This document shows, piece by piece, positions 63,385 through 64,000 of a DNA stretch of 64,000 bases. The first letter of the stretch is position 1; every line of letters starts with the position of its first letter. Origin of the DNA: Chrysemys picta bellii. Its lineage: Eukaryota. The notes under the pieces are model-generated. The model was not told the origin of the DNA and made no database searches. It saw only the letters and a program-made list of their open reading frames with translations. The stretch covers positions 105,090,001-105,154,000 of the forward strand of contig NC_088798.1 of NCBI RefSeq assembly GCF_011386835.1. Reading direction: 5' to 3'. A program made the position numbers and the translations under genes.

Positions 63385-63589
63385 TTTGCAGTTGTAGCCA
63401 TGTTGGTCCCAGGATATAAGAGATACAAGGTGTGAGGTAATATCTTTTATTGGACCAACTTCTGTTGGTGAGAGAGACAAGCTTTGCAGAGCCAGACCCG
63501 AGGAAGAGTTCCGTGTAGCTCAAAAGCTTGTCCCTCTCACCAACAGAAGTTGGTCTAATAAAAGCTATTACCTCGCCCACCTTGTCTCT
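63385..63589 (+). mobile_element. Penelope-like non-autonomous element (inverted terminal-repeat palindrome)
   Basis: ~67-bp inverted arms (63419-63485 and 63523-63589); flanking direct repeat CTAGTTAATTAAG / CTAGTTAATTGAG (12/13); GTAGCCATGTTGGTCCCAGG start typical of reptile Penelope repeats (my recognition). Confidence 0.75.
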
Positions 63590-64000
63590 CTAGTTAATTG
63601 AGGGCACTTTTACAAGGGCATCTTAGTCCTCTGCCGAGCTCTGCGCTGAAGTTGTGGCATTTCATTACATTCAAGCCACTGCTCTTTGGAGCCCCCTACA
63701 GGACAGTGCCTGGCTCAGTGTAACGGGATGGGTCCTACATTCTTGTCTATGTCTTGTAAATGTTTACAATTCTTGGGAGAGTCCCATGGCACTTCGTCTA
63801 ATAGGCTGTCTTCCTCTGCTGTAAGGGACGGGCCAGCTGGAGAGGGGGGTGTACTGTAAGACAACCTCTTGGAGAGAACAGACTGGCAGAGGTGTGGTTC
63901 AGCCAAGTGCTAAATCTTCCGGTCTATGCATAGCAAGTCCCCTGGGCTGAAGCCAGGGATCCCCGAGCAAGGCTGGCACTCCCAGTCTGAAGCAGTGGTC

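Noticed and set aside
56000-64000. Search for GLRA1 exon 8 (TM3, VSYVKAIDIW...RRKRR)
   Set aside because: Not found on the minus strand by eye, so intron 8 appears longer than 8 kb and extends beyond the window.

Overview
Vertebrate genomic DNA, very likely a turtle, judged from a tRNA-derived SINE with a CR1-like tail, CR1 LINEs and GC-rich hAT MITEs of the kind I recognise from turtle genomes. The window holds all 11 coding exons of G3BP1 on the + strand (exons 2-12; spliced CDS 1395 nt, 464 aa; all junctions GT-AG and in frame). It also holds the last coding exon of GLRA1 (glycine receptor alpha1) on the - strand, tail-to-tail with G3BP1 as in mammals. G3BP1 exon 1 and promoter, and GLRA1 exons 1-8, were not found and probably lie outside the window. 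The rest is intron, 3'UTR or intergenic DNA with many transposon relics: ten hAT MITEs with 8-bp TSDs (two nested pairs), Tc1/mariner and PIF/Harbinger-type MITEs, CR1 fragments, MIR/L2 relics, a solo-LTR-like element and a Penelope-like palindrome. Most ORFs in the supplied track are spurious. I found no clearly new biological system. The best leads, all hypotheses, are: (i) a convincing minus-strand mRNA 3' end at ~38.95 kb, implying a ~16.7-kb GLRA1 3'UTR that may overlap a long G3BP1 3'UTR; (ii) a decayed minimal hammerhead ribozyme in the Penelope-like element; (iii) loss of the GlyR alpha1 PxxP motif; (iv) loss of the P4 alanine at the G3BP1 picornavirus 3C cleavage site; (v) a G17/C11 hairpin versus G-quadruplex element downstream of G3BP1. 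No database searches were run, and comparisons with human proteins are from memory.
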